A DNA stretch of 58,317 bases from an uncultured Bacilli bacterium (GTDB lineage Bacteria > Bacillota_I > Bacilli_A > RF39 > UBA660), in the NCBI GenBank assembly GCA_947624275.1, contig CANQJR010000002.1:1-58317 (forward strand). Reading direction: 5' to 3'. The position numbers and the translations under genes were made by a program. Shown here one piece after another: positions 40,351 to 49,117 of this stretch (the stretch's first letter is position 1; every line of letters starts with the position of its first letter). The notes under the pieces are model-generated. The model searched no databases. It had not been told where the DNA came from and saw only the letters and a program-made list of their open reading frames with translations.

Positions 40351-41131
40351 AGAACATGTTCAATTTTTAAAAAAAATAAAGCTCCATAAATTCTTGGTAC
40401 TATTAGCCCAATTCTTAACATTGATAATCTTTTTAACGATATGGGAGTTATTGTCCAAATACGAAATCATCAACCCTTTTTTATATTCATCACCAATCAA
40501 AGCTGTTCAAACCATCAGCCAATTATTCCAGAGTAACGATTTAATAAATCACATTTATGTGACTTCATATGAAACTGTCATAAGTTTCATCCTCGCTTCC
40601 ATAATTGGCTTTGGTGTCAGCACCATTCTTTGGTGGAACAGATTTATCTTTGAAGTTATCGATCCATATCTAACTGTTTTGAACTCTCTTCCCAAAGTAG
40701 CTCTTGGACCACTTATAATCATTTGGGTTGGCGCAACGACCAAATCCATCATAATAATGGCATTACTCATATCCACTTTTATTAGTATTATCAATATCTA
40801 TAATGGTTTCATATCGGTCGATAGCAATTTGATAACACTTATGAAGAGTATGAAAGCTAGTAAATTGCAAGTTTTTTACAAAGTGATATTGCCCAGTAAT
40901 TTACACAATATCATAAACGCTTTTAAAATAAATATTAGTATGTCCCTAATCGGGGTCATCATGGGAGAATTATTGGTATCAAAAGAGGGATTGGGATATT
41001 TGATCATGTATGGATCACAAGTCTTCAACATCAATTTAGTCATCACTTCAGTAATATTACTAGCAATTCTCTCCTATGTCATGTATGCAGTTATTGTGTT
41101 CATCGAAAAGAAGACGATAAAAAATCAATAA
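40340..41131 (+). CDS. NitT/TauT-family ABC permease (SsuC/TauC-like)
   Basis: 263 aa with six TM segments and a BPD-transporter EAA-like loop (LMKSMKASKLQVFYKVILP). Confidence 0.85.
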   Translation: MYSEEHVQFLKKIKLHKFLVLLAQFLTLIIFLTIWELLSKYEIINPFLYSSPIKAVQTISQLFQSNDLINHIYVTSYETVISFILASIIGFGVSTILWWNRFIFEVIDPYLTVLNSLPKVALGPLIIIWVGATTKSIIIMALLISTFISIINIYNGFISVDSNLITLMKSMKASKLQVFYKVILPSNLHNIINAFKINISMSLIGVIMGELLVSKEGLGYLIMYGSQVFNINLVITSVILLAILSYVMYAVIVFIEKKTIKNQ

Positions 41132-41145
41132 TCAATTCAAGAATA

Positions 41146-41170
41146 AAAAGAGTCAAACTCTTTTTATTTA
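41146..41170 (+). terminator. Terminator of the ABC operon
   Basis: AAAAGAGT caa ACTCTTTT followed by T. Confidence 0.65.
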
Positions 41171-41173
41171 TAT

Positions 41174-41202
41174 CCATAAAAAAAGTGACTTTAAGTCACT
41201 TT
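41174..41202 (-). terminator. Terminator of the surface-protein gene
   Basis: On the minus strand, AAAGTGACT taa AGTCACTTT followed by T-rich sequence. Confidence 0.65.
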
Positions 41203-41206
41203 CTTA

Positions 41207-42475
41207 TTATTCACTTACTTTCTTTAAGCAAATAGTTAAACCGCATACACTTATTAAAGCAATAGCACAAACTACAGCATGAGTTAAAACACTATCTCCA
41301 GTAGCTGGATTAGTCTCTTCTGAAGGAACTTTTGTAAATTTAGCAGTTACTGTCATATTTTCAGCAACAGCTGCTTCAGCATTGAAAAGTTTACCTTTTG
41401 CATCAAACCATCCATCAAAAGTATATCCTTTTTTAGAAACTTTAGGGATGTCACTTTGAGCAAGTTTAGTATTTTTCTTAACTAAAACAACATTACTTTT
41501 TCCATCTACAACAAATTCAACATAGACATATTCTGTTTCTCCAGCAATTAGATTACCTTCAATTACTGTGTTCTCTGCTTCGAAAGAATTTTCTTCTTTA
41601 CCATTAGCATTATATACAGCACCTAATTCATCATCTGTATTAATAAGTTTAGAATCAGTTACTGTTACAGTGACATCTGTAACATCTTTACCTTCATAAT
41701 CACTCATTAATATCAAATCACTTCTAGCACCATTAGCATTATCGAAATTATTTCTTATTTCAGAATTATTCTTTATGTCAATAGTAACGTCTGTCTTATT
41801 TCCAACGACTATAGTTCCATAATCATTTCTCATATCAGATGTTCCAACAGAATAACCTGTAAGAACACTATTATCAATAGTAACTTTATTACCTGAAGTT
41901 GCTTGTTGGCTTGAAGTTAAATCAAGGGCAGCATATCCAGAAAGTTCACTATCTTTAACAACTAATTCACTATCTCCACCTTGCATCCAAACTGCATATT
42001 TTGCTTGAATAACAGAATCTGTAATAGTAACTTTTGTACCTTCTTTGACACCAAGTGATACTTTTACTCCTGTACCCTTAGACGTGAAAGAACTGCTATC
42101 GTCTTTTTCACCATAATAGATGGTAACGTTTGATAGAGTAAGATCTACTGCTGCTTGTGTAGAAGTAACGTCAATATATGGACTATCACCTCCAGCAAGA
42201 GAACCTGTCATAGTCAAACCACTGATACTAACTTTTGTTCCACCAGTTACTGTGAAAGTTCCATTAATTTTGGCATCGTGTCCAACGATTTCAACATCAT
42301 CTTGAATTGTGAAGTTTCCTACATATTCTTGACCTGCTTCTAATTCAATAGTTGGTGTTTGAGCTCCTAATAAACGAGTTAAAGCAGCTGCATCATCTGC
42401 TGTATCGGCATACACATTTGGCATGGCAAACATGCTCATAACAAATAGAGTTATAAAAAATAAAACTTTTTTCAT
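41207..42475 (-). CDS. Secreted parallel beta-helix surface protein with a Listeria/Bacteroides-type repeat and a C-terminal NPATG sorting signal
   Basis: Signal peptide (..PNVYA), V/T/S-rich roughly 22-aa turns (VTITDSVIQ, LVVKDSELSG, VTIDNSVLTG) and GYTFDGWFD. NPATG is followed by a hydrophobic segment and KKVSE. Confidence 0.75.
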   Translation of the reverse strand: MKKVLFFITLFVMSMFAMPNVYADTADDAAALTRLLGAQTPTIELEAGQEYVGNFTIQDDVEIVGHDAKINGTFTVTGGTKVSISGLTMTGSLAGGDSPYIDVTSTQAAVDLTLSNVTIYYGEKDDSSSFTSKGTGVKVSLGVKEGTKVTITDSVIQAKYAVWMQGGDSELVVKDSELSGYAALDLTSSQQATSGNKVTIDNSVLTGYSVGTSDMRNDYGTIVVGNKTDVTIDIKNNSEIRNNFDNANGARSDLILMSDYEGKDVTDVTVTVTDSKLINTDDELGAVYNANGKEENSFEAENTVIEGNLIAGETEYVYVEFVVDGKSNVVLVKKNTKLAQSDIPKVSKKGYTFDGWFDAKGKLFNAEAAVAENMTVTAKFTKVPSEETNPATGDSVLTHAVVCAIALISVCGLTICLKKVSE

Positions 42476-42548
42476 GTTATCCTCTTCCTTTCTCATAAAC
42501 AAATAATAAGTTGTTCGAGATTCCTCCTTTCTTTAATTTTTCAACTAT

Positions 42549-42580
42549 ATAATAACATCCCCCCCCCCAGCCAATGTCAA
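42549..42580 (-). promoter_or_regulatory. Promoter with a homopolymeric G10 tract in the -35/-10 spacer
   Basis: On the minus strand: TTGACA, ttggct, G10, aTGt, TATTAT. The present spacer is 20 nt. Confidence 0.65.
42559..42568. repeat. C10/G10 homopolymer
   Basis: Ten consecutive C on the plus strand in an AT-rich intergenic region. Confidence 0.95.
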
Positions 42581-42650
42581 CCCATTTGAGATGAATATTC
42601 GAGTAATTTGACAATATCTCTGTCTTTTTTGATAATGTGAGGAGTTAATC

Positions 42651-42676
42651 CCAAAATAAAAAGAGTCTAACTCTTT
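42651..42676 (-). terminator. Terminator after the sortase gene
   Basis: AAAGAGT tag ACTCTTT (the loop is the stop codon), followed by TTATTTT. Confidence 0.6.
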
Positions 42677-43251
42677 CTACTCAACATTAAAATCAGATAT
42701 TTATCTTTATGTTTTTGACTACAAGTGATTAAGAATAGATTACTGCGACGATCAGTTAAAATGGAAATGCCATCGTTTTTAGCAATCTCTACAATATCAT
42801 ATACCTCATACACATACTTATTGTTTTGATAATAGAGATAGGCCAAATCGCTTTCTTGCATTTTGACTAGATCATTAAAATATGATTGTTTGCCTGTCCC
42901 TGAATGGGCCGCAATGTAGATGTTGCCCTCTTCATCAGGATGAACTGAGCCCTTTAAAATAGTGACATTTTTATCGATATTATTATCGGGATCATCAATG
43001 CTTAAGATTCCCTTTTTCAAGTTGATTTTAGGCAGTTCTAAAACCAATTCATAGTTTATTATTGGTGATTTAGACACTTCTTTTTTCAAATTGGGAGTAT
43101 CATCTATTTCTTTCACCTCATAAATGATACTTTTCTCCTCAATCAATCGCTGTTGTTCATCTCTATACCTAATGATGAAAATATTTAATAACTGTAAGAG
43201 AATGAGTGCTGCCAATACGACTATTGCTACTCTAATGACATTTTTTAACAT
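42667..43251 (-). CDS. Sortase (class not assigned)
   Basis: N-terminal TM, IAAHSG (catalytic His region), LITCS (TLxTC Cys) and a late Arg. It overlaps the adhesin gene by 20 nt. Confidence 0.8.
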   Translation of the reverse strand: MLKNVIRVAIVVLAALILLQLLNIFIIRYRDEQQRLIEEKSIIYEVKEIDDTPNLKKEVSKSPIINYELVLELPKINLKKGILSIDDPDNNIDKNVTILKGSVHPDEEGNIYIAAHSGTGKQSYFNDLVKMQESDLAYLYYQNNKYVYEVYDIVEIAKNDGISILTDRRSNLFLITCSQKHKDKYLILMLSRKS

Positions 43252-44716
43252 ACATCAAAATACATCCTAAAAGAGCTATCGATGTCATGATCAAATCAAA
43301 AGCGATATCATTTGTGCTGTGTTGATAAGTATCAGGTACTTTTAAATCATTTAAATAGTATTCGATCAGATTGGGACTCTTTTCATCAATGGTTATTTTA
43401 AAGTCATCCACTTTGGCATAACCATCTGTCGTATTTACTTGATGAAGTGTGTAACTGCCGTATGGCAAATCGAATTCAACTGTCCCATATTCATCAGTCG
43501 TAACTTCTTGATAGATCTCTCCTCGGGAATCAATTATTTGAAAAGTGATGTTTTTCTCAACTATTTTTTTATCATTTTCAGATTCAAAAAATTTATGAAG
43601 TTTTACTTTCTTCTCAATGACTTTATTATTTAAAACGATTTCTACTACTTTATTATCGCTATCAATAGTAACATCATAAGTTTCATCATCGACTTCATAA
43701 CCCTTGCCACTACTTTTCTCTTTTATCTTATATTTACCATATTTCAAATTGGATAGACTGCCCGTGTTATCTTCAGAGATTTCTATTTCCCCGACCAAAT
43801 TACCACCTTCGTCAAAGACCTCATAAATAGCTCCTATTAAACTGCCTTCACCACGTGGTACTGTCGAATTATTATCCTGGTCTAACTTAATGATTTTAAT
43901 TTCACCGCTATCAACGATTACATTTAAATTGGAAGTGATGGTATCATAACTCCCCACTGTCAAAACATTTTGATAAGTATCACTTATATAAACGATGGGT
44001 ACACTGTTATAAGTAGTATCCTTTTTTAATAATTTTATATCGATATCTTCCTTATTTTCATGACTATTAATCAATAGTTTATTATCACTTATCACGACAT
44101 CTATATCATCATTTTTGACTACTTCATAATCTTTTAAAACATTATTTTCATCCACTAATGTCAAAGATGAGGTGATAGACATGTCATAAGTTTTATTTAT
44201 GAATGACGGTTGGACATCATGATTATTTACCAAATTATCGAGTTCCTGCATCTCTTTTTCAAATTTAGTAACTTTTTTACCTTTAAATGTATCAGTCCAA
44301 TAAAAATCAGCTTTTGTATCAATCGTTTTCCAAATCATGATTTGGGTAATTGAATACCATTTATCCGCTGTATGATTCTTATAACCATAACCGTAGTAGG
44401 CCAAAAGGCTAATCCTTTTCCATTTAGCTTTAGACATGGATAATAGTTTCTCGTAATTGGCATCATATCCCGTGTAATTGGTATTTTCTGCCAAATTGAC
44501 AAAAGGTTCAATGCAATAGATTATCTTTTTATCAGAAGAACGGCGCATAAATCTGGCCTGTCGATAAGAAGTAGAACCATTTTTAGTCTTCGCATAGTAA
44601 AGATTATCTATGTCTTCAGACACGACAAATTTATCAGTATAACTCTTAGCAAAAACATCTGTTTTAAGACCCATAAATAATGATAGTATCATCAATAGTA
44701 ATATTAACTTCTTCAT
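43232..44716 (-). CDS. Thioester-domain (TED) adhesin with two SpaA/Cna-B-like domains and a C-terminal anchor
   Basis: Signal peptide, YCIEP (Cys68) and TQIMIW (Gln125), matching the TED Cys...TQxA(I/V)W pattern. Two G.Y.L.E......GY domains. C-terminal VPDTY, a hydrophobic segment, then KKCH. Confidence 0.7.
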   Translation of the reverse strand: MKKLILLLMILSLFMGLKTDVFAKSYTDKFVVSEDIDNLYYAKTKNGSTSYRQARFMRRSSDKKIIYCIEPFVNLAENTNYTGYDANYEKLLSMSKAKWKRISLLAYYGYGYKNHTADKWYSITQIMIWKTIDTKADFYWTDTFKGKKVTKFEKEMQELDNLVNNHDVQPSFINKTYDMSITSSLTLVDENNVLKDYEVVKNDDIDVVISDNKLLINSHENKEDIDIKLLKKDTTYNSVPIVYISDTYQNVLTVGSYDTITSNLNVIVDSGEIKIIKLDQDNNSTVPRGEGSLIGAIYEVFDEGGNLVGEIEISEDNTGSLSNLKYGKYKIKEKSSGKGYEVDDETYDVTIDSDNKVVEIVLNNKVIEKKVKLHKFFESENDKKIVEKNITFQIIDSRGEIYQEVTTDEYGTVEFDLPYGSYTLHQVNTTDGYAKVDDFKITIDEKSPNLIEYYLNDLKVPDTYQHSTNDIAFDLIMTSIALLGCILMYVKKCH

Positions 44717-44777
44717 ATTCCTCCTTCATTACCATCAATACTATCATTACCCATAGCCAACCCCATTTCCTACTGAA

Positions 44778-44800
44778 AATAAAAAAAGCCCTTAGGCTTT
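44778..44800 (-). terminator. Terminator after helD
   Basis: AAAGCC taag GGCTTT followed by a T-run on the minus strand. Confidence 0.6.
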
Positions 44801-46841
44801 ATTGATTGTAGACGATCAATTGATGTTGACTTCGCGTACAGGCGACATAATACAAATATTTTTCCTTTTCACGGTATTTATCGAGTTCATCAGTATAGAT
44901 GATGACCGAATCAAACTCTAATCCCTTCGCAACATAAGAAGGAATGACGACCAATTCTTTATTGAATCTGACAGAGCTGGAGTTTAAAAGGGCAAGATCT
45001 TCGATATCATCCTTCAATAGATCATATAAATATTCACTCTCTTCATCCGTCTTAGTTATGATTGCTACACTCTTATATTCTTCTTTCAAGTGTTTAACGT
45101 CATTGATCAAACTGTCTTTAACATCAACACCATTCCTAAAGATAACCGGTTTATGATTGCTTCTCCTAATCGCAGATACGTGATTGAGATTCAAGATCTT
45201 ATTAGTGTAATCGATAATTTCTGGTGAAGAACGATAGGTCTTCTTTAATTCTAAATAATTAGTACCACTTTGAAAAACTTCTTTTAAAACTTCTAAACTG
45301 TCATACTTATAATAGGGATTTATCGTCTGATTGACATCACCTAAAATAGTGAAATTAGCTTTTTTAAAAATATTTTTAAGAATGATATACTGCAGTTTGG
45401 AATAGTCCTGTGCCTCATCGATGACCACCTGTCTGATTGAACCACGATAATCAAAACCTTGTAATAAAGATTTTAAATAAGTGAATACACAAGCATCTTC
45501 ATAACTGATCGTTTTACTTTTACCAATACTTTCAATTTCAGCATCCGAAATATCTCCACCATAACTGTTTTTGAAAAAAGAACTGCGATAAAAATTCATA
45601 TATATTTCTTTAAAATCGATTTTAATATTTATAATACCATTCAAATTAGCTCTGATAGTTCGTGTTTTAGTGCCATTGCCACCACAATATATATCAGAAA
45701 TTTTCTCAGCGATGAGATCCAATCTCTCAGTTAATAACATCTTGCTGTAGCGATCTTTCAACATGCGATTCAACTCATCTTTATCGATTGAAAAATCCTT
45801 ATTGTCGAGTCCATCGACAAATTCAATTCTATTCAAAAGATCTTCGACGTAATTGTTGAAATCAGTAATGATTTGATCACTTTGTTTGTATTTGATCAAC
45901 TGTTCATTCGCATCACTACCTTTATAATATCTCTCAATAAAATTAGTGAATGATTCGACTTGTTTGAATTCATTAGTATACGTCGTCAAAAAGTCATGAA
46001 AAGTGGTTTGCATAGTATTTTCTTCACCAAGTTCTGGTAATACATTAGATATGTATTCAGAAAAGATTTGGTTTGGTGAAAAGATCAAAACATTATTAGA
46101 TTTCAAATTATCGATCTTATAAAGTAAAAAGGCAATGCGATGAAGTGCCACTGATGTCTTACCACTTCCAGCAATTCCTTGAACGATTAAATTTTTGTCA
46201 TCGACATTGCGAATGACAGCATTTTGTTCTTGTTGAATAGTGTTGACAATATTTTTCATTCTATCGCTTGATTCACTAGCCAAAACTTCTTGGAGAAGAT
46301 CATCATCGATGTTCAAATTATTATCAAACATTCTAATGATTTGACCATCTTTAATATTGTATTGGCGCTTGTTCAAAATCTTTCCTTCAATTTCACCCAT
46401 TGGCGATAAATATTTAGCAGGACCGATTTCATAATCATAAAACATTGAACAGATTGGTGCACGCCAATCATTGACTAAATAGATATCGTTCTCTTCGTCT
46501 TCGACATGAGTGATACCGATATAGATTTTATTAGGTCCCTTCTCATCTTCAAAAATCAATGAACCAAAATATGGACTATCCTGGACGCGATATAGTTTTT
46601 GCAAATACTTGCTTTTATTCTGCATCAACATGACTTCAGTATCATTGGCCAAAATCATATTTTTCATCTCAGTAGGATCCATATCAGTTTTACTATCCCA
46701 CACAAATTTTTGAAATTCTTGAACGCGATCTGAACGTTCATAAAGTTCTTGACCCAATTTCGATATTTTTTGACGGATCACATCCAAGGTAATACCCAAA
46801 TAAATCTTTTCCTGTTGTATTTCTTTGTCAGTAATCTCCAT
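44799..46841 (-). CDS. helD: HelD-type UvrD-family helicase (RNA polymerase recycling factor)
   Basis: N-terminal coiled-coil region before the helicase core, GIAGSGKTSVALHR Walker A, and VIDEAQDY. GGGAGG RBS before ATG 46841. Confidence 0.75.
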   Translation of the reverse strand: MEITDKEIQQEKIYLGITLDVIRQKISKLGQELYERSDRVQEFQKFVWDSKTDMDPTEMKNMILANDTEVMLMQNKSKYLQKLYRVQDSPYFGSLIFEDEKGPNKIYIGITHVEDEENDIYLVNDWRAPICSMFYDYEIGPAKYLSPMGEIEGKILNKRQYNIKDGQIIRMFDNNLNIDDDLLQEVLASESSDRMKNIVNTIQQEQNAVIRNVDDKNLIVQGIAGSGKTSVALHRIAFLLYKIDNLKSNNVLIFSPNQIFSEYISNVLPELGEENTMQTTFHDFLTTYTNEFKQVESFTNFIERYYKGSDANEQLIKYKQSDQIITDFNNYVEDLLNRIEFVDGLDNKDFSIDKDELNRMLKDRYSKMLLTERLDLIAEKISDIYCGGNGTKTRTIRANLNGIINIKIDFKEIYMNFYRSSFFKNSYGGDISDAEIESIGKSKTISYEDACVFTYLKSLLQGFDYRGSIRQVVIDEAQDYSKLQYIILKNIFKKANFTILGDVNQTINPYYKYDSLEVLKEVFQSGTNYLELKKTYRSSPEIIDYTNKILNLNHVSAIRRSNHKPVIFRNGVDVKDSLINDVKHLKEEYKSVAIITKTDEESEYLYDLLKDDIEDLALLNSSSVRFNKELVVIPSYVAKGLEFDSVIIYTDELDKYREKEKYLYYVACTRSQHQLIVYNQ

Positions 46842-46941
46842 AAATACCTCCCTAAACAAAAAACGAACTGTTTAAAGCTCGTCATTATTATATCATCAAG
46901 TTGTAACTTGAGCACTGTAATATGAAATATACACCAATTTT

Positions 46942-49098
46942 TTACTTTTGTCTAGGTGTCAAATTCTTAATTTTAACTTTATCATGGCTATTAGCATTAA
47001 CTAAGCCCATCGATGTGAAATTGATACTGCTTTTTTCTTTACTAGCGCTCTTAACTCTCAATAAAATTCTATCTCCTAAATACAATTCTTTTCCATCTTC
47101 GTCACGCAAACACAAATGTTGTTTATCAAAATCATAGAATCTTTTAGGTTCGCTATCACCTATGTTGACATAGCCTTTGATCAAATTGTCCAATACGACT
47201 GACATTCCACGCTCATTGACACCCATTATAGTACCTTCATAAACTTCACCGATATGATTTTCCATGTATTCGGCTGTCTTCATATAAATAGCATCGTATT
47301 CAGCATTCTGCGCTTCATATTCAGAAAGAGAAGATTTAGAAGCAATTTCCGCGATTCTATTCTCTAAATCGCCATTATCGATGCTCGGGTCTTTTCCCTT
47401 AGCATAAAGATTGATCAATTGATGTACTAACAGATCAGGAAAACGTCTGATTGGCGAAGTGAAATGCGTATAATTATTCAAGGCTAATCCATAATGACCA
47501 TCGTTCTCCGAAGAGTAAACAGCTCTACTCATCGAACGCAAAATCATATCGGAAAAAGCAGGATACTCTTTAGTTTCCCTCATCTCATCTAAAAACTTTT
47601 GGACGACTTTAGAAGAAGCGATATCAAATTCAGGAATTTCGATATGATTATTGATATGAGAAATCGTGTTATATGTCTTATAAAGATTGCCAACATTGGG
47701 AGCACCATGGACGCGATAGATGAATGGCATTTTTTTAGTCGCATAAATGGACGCTACGACCTGGTTGGCAGCCAACATAAAATTCTCAATCAAAGTTTCA
47801 CCAGCCTGCGGTTTAAAGGCCTCCACTTCTGATATTTTATTGCGATCATTCATCTTGATTTTCATTTCTTTTTTTTCGAATTGAAGAGCACCACGTCTAT
47901 TTTTGCGCTTTTCTAATACTTCAGACAAGATATACATTTTCATCAACGCATCAACAAACGGTTCATACCCTTTAGTGACAATTCCTTCTTCTAATATCTT
48001 ATTAACTGCTTCATATGACATCTTCTTTTTTGATTTAATAATGCTATCATAAACGCGTGAATTAATGATATTGCCCTTTTTATCCAATTCTATTTCACAC
48101 GTTTTAGCAAGGCGCTCTTCACCTTCATTTAGAGAACAGATGCCATTTGATAGTTCCCTTGGCAACATCGGAATGACGGTGTTTAACATGTAGACAGAAG
48201 TACCTCTTTTTAAAGCTTCCTCATAAATAGCTGAATCTTTTTTTACGTAGTGCGCTACATCAGCTATGTGAACTCCTAATAGATAGTTTCCATTTGGTAA
48301 AATTTCTAACGATATGGCATCATCGATATCTTTCGTATCTTCACCATCAATAGTAAAAATCAATTTATCACGCAAGTCGACACGATTCTTTTTCTCTTCT
48401 TCTGATATATATTGCGGAATCTCTTTTACTTCAGCAATGACCTCTTTAGGAAATTCAAAATCGAAGCCATGAACGGCCGCAATAGTGATCAATTCACTAT
48501 TAGGATCATATTTATTACATATCTTCTTGACGACTTTACCCAAGTATTGTTTACCATCTTTTTCAAGACCGATACTGACGACTAAACGATCGCCTTCAAA
48601 ATAATCTTTCAAATCGTCATTGCTGATCTTTATCGATAATGAATCATTTCTAGATACGGGCAATAATAACTTATGTCCCGCCAAATTCGTCACTTCACAA
48701 ACGACTTTATCATTATATCTATCAAGAACTCGTTCAACTCGACCTTCTTGTCTTTTCTTAACCGTCTTCAAATTGCCAACGATTACTTTATCACCTGGTA
48801 AAGCCCCATTCAAAAAATCGTGATGGACAAAAGTCACGTTTCCTTCTTCGTCGGTCAAAATGCCTCCGCCCTTGCGCGTGATGCGAATAGTTCCAAAAAT
48901 ACGTCCCAGTCCTTTACTGTCCCATGGTACGAATTTATCTTTTTTACCACGAAATATTTTGCCATCTCGTTCCAAGTTTTCAATAGCCTGTTTGATGATT
49001 TCATGAGCAATTCCCGTCTCTTCAGCAATTTCTTCAGTCGACATACCAACTTTTTTTATTTTCAACAATTCAACTAATTTATTTTCTAACTCACCCAT
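46942..49098 (-). CDS. rnr: Ribonuclease R
   Basis: N-terminal HTH and cold-shock regions, an RNB domain (DGEDTKDIDDA) and a C-terminal S1 domain. Start trimmed to ATG 49098. Confidence 0.92.
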   Translation of the reverse strand: MGELENKLVELLKIKKVGMSTEEIAEETGIAHEIIKQAIENLERDGKIFRGKKDKFVPWDSKGLGRIFGTIRITRKGGGILTDEEGNVTFVHHDFLNGALPGDKVIVGNLKTVKKRQEGRVERVLDRYNDKVVCEVTNLAGHKLLLPVSRNDSLSIKISNDDLKDYFEGDRLVVSIGLEKDGKQYLGKVVKKICNKYDPNSELITIAAVHGFDFEFPKEVIAEVKEIPQYISEEEKKNRVDLRDKLIFTIDGEDTKDIDDAISLEILPNGNYLLGVHIADVAHYVKKDSAIYEEALKRGTSVYMLNTVIPMLPRELSNGICSLNEGEERLAKTCEIELDKKGNIINSRVYDSIIKSKKKMSYEAVNKILEEGIVTKGYEPFVDALMKMYILSEVLEKRKNRRGALQFEKKEMKIKMNDRNKISEVEAFKPQAGETLIENFMLAANQVVASIYATKKMPFIYRVHGAPNVGNLYKTYNTISHINNHIEIPEFDIASSKVVQKFLDEMRETKEYPAFSDMILRSMSRAVYSSENDGHYGLALNNYTHFTSPIRRFPDLLVHQLINLYAKGKDPSIDNGDLENRIAEIASKSSLSEYEAQNAEYDAIYMKTAEYMENHIGEVYEGTIMGVNERGMSVVLDNLIKGYVNIGDSEPKRFYDFDKQHLCLRDEDGKELYLGDRILLRVKSASKEKSSINFTSMGLVNANSHDKVKIKNLTPRQK

Positions 49099-49117
49099 AA
49101 ATACCCCCGAAATAAAA

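Noticed and set aside
42476-42548. Strong SD-like AAAGGAGGAA (42523-42532, minus strand) in the leader of the surface-protein gene, considered as the start of an upstream peptide.
   Set aside because: There is no ATG, GTG or TTG within 5-12 nt downstream. The real start at 42475 has its own GGAAGAGG RBS and is followed by a signal peptide.
44799-46841. UvrD-family helicase, considered as a defence-system component (Gabija GajB-like or similar).
   Set aside because: It is a lone gene with its own terminator and no nuclease or ATPase partner. The N-terminal coiled-coil ahead of the helicase core fits HelD, the RNA polymerase recycling factor.
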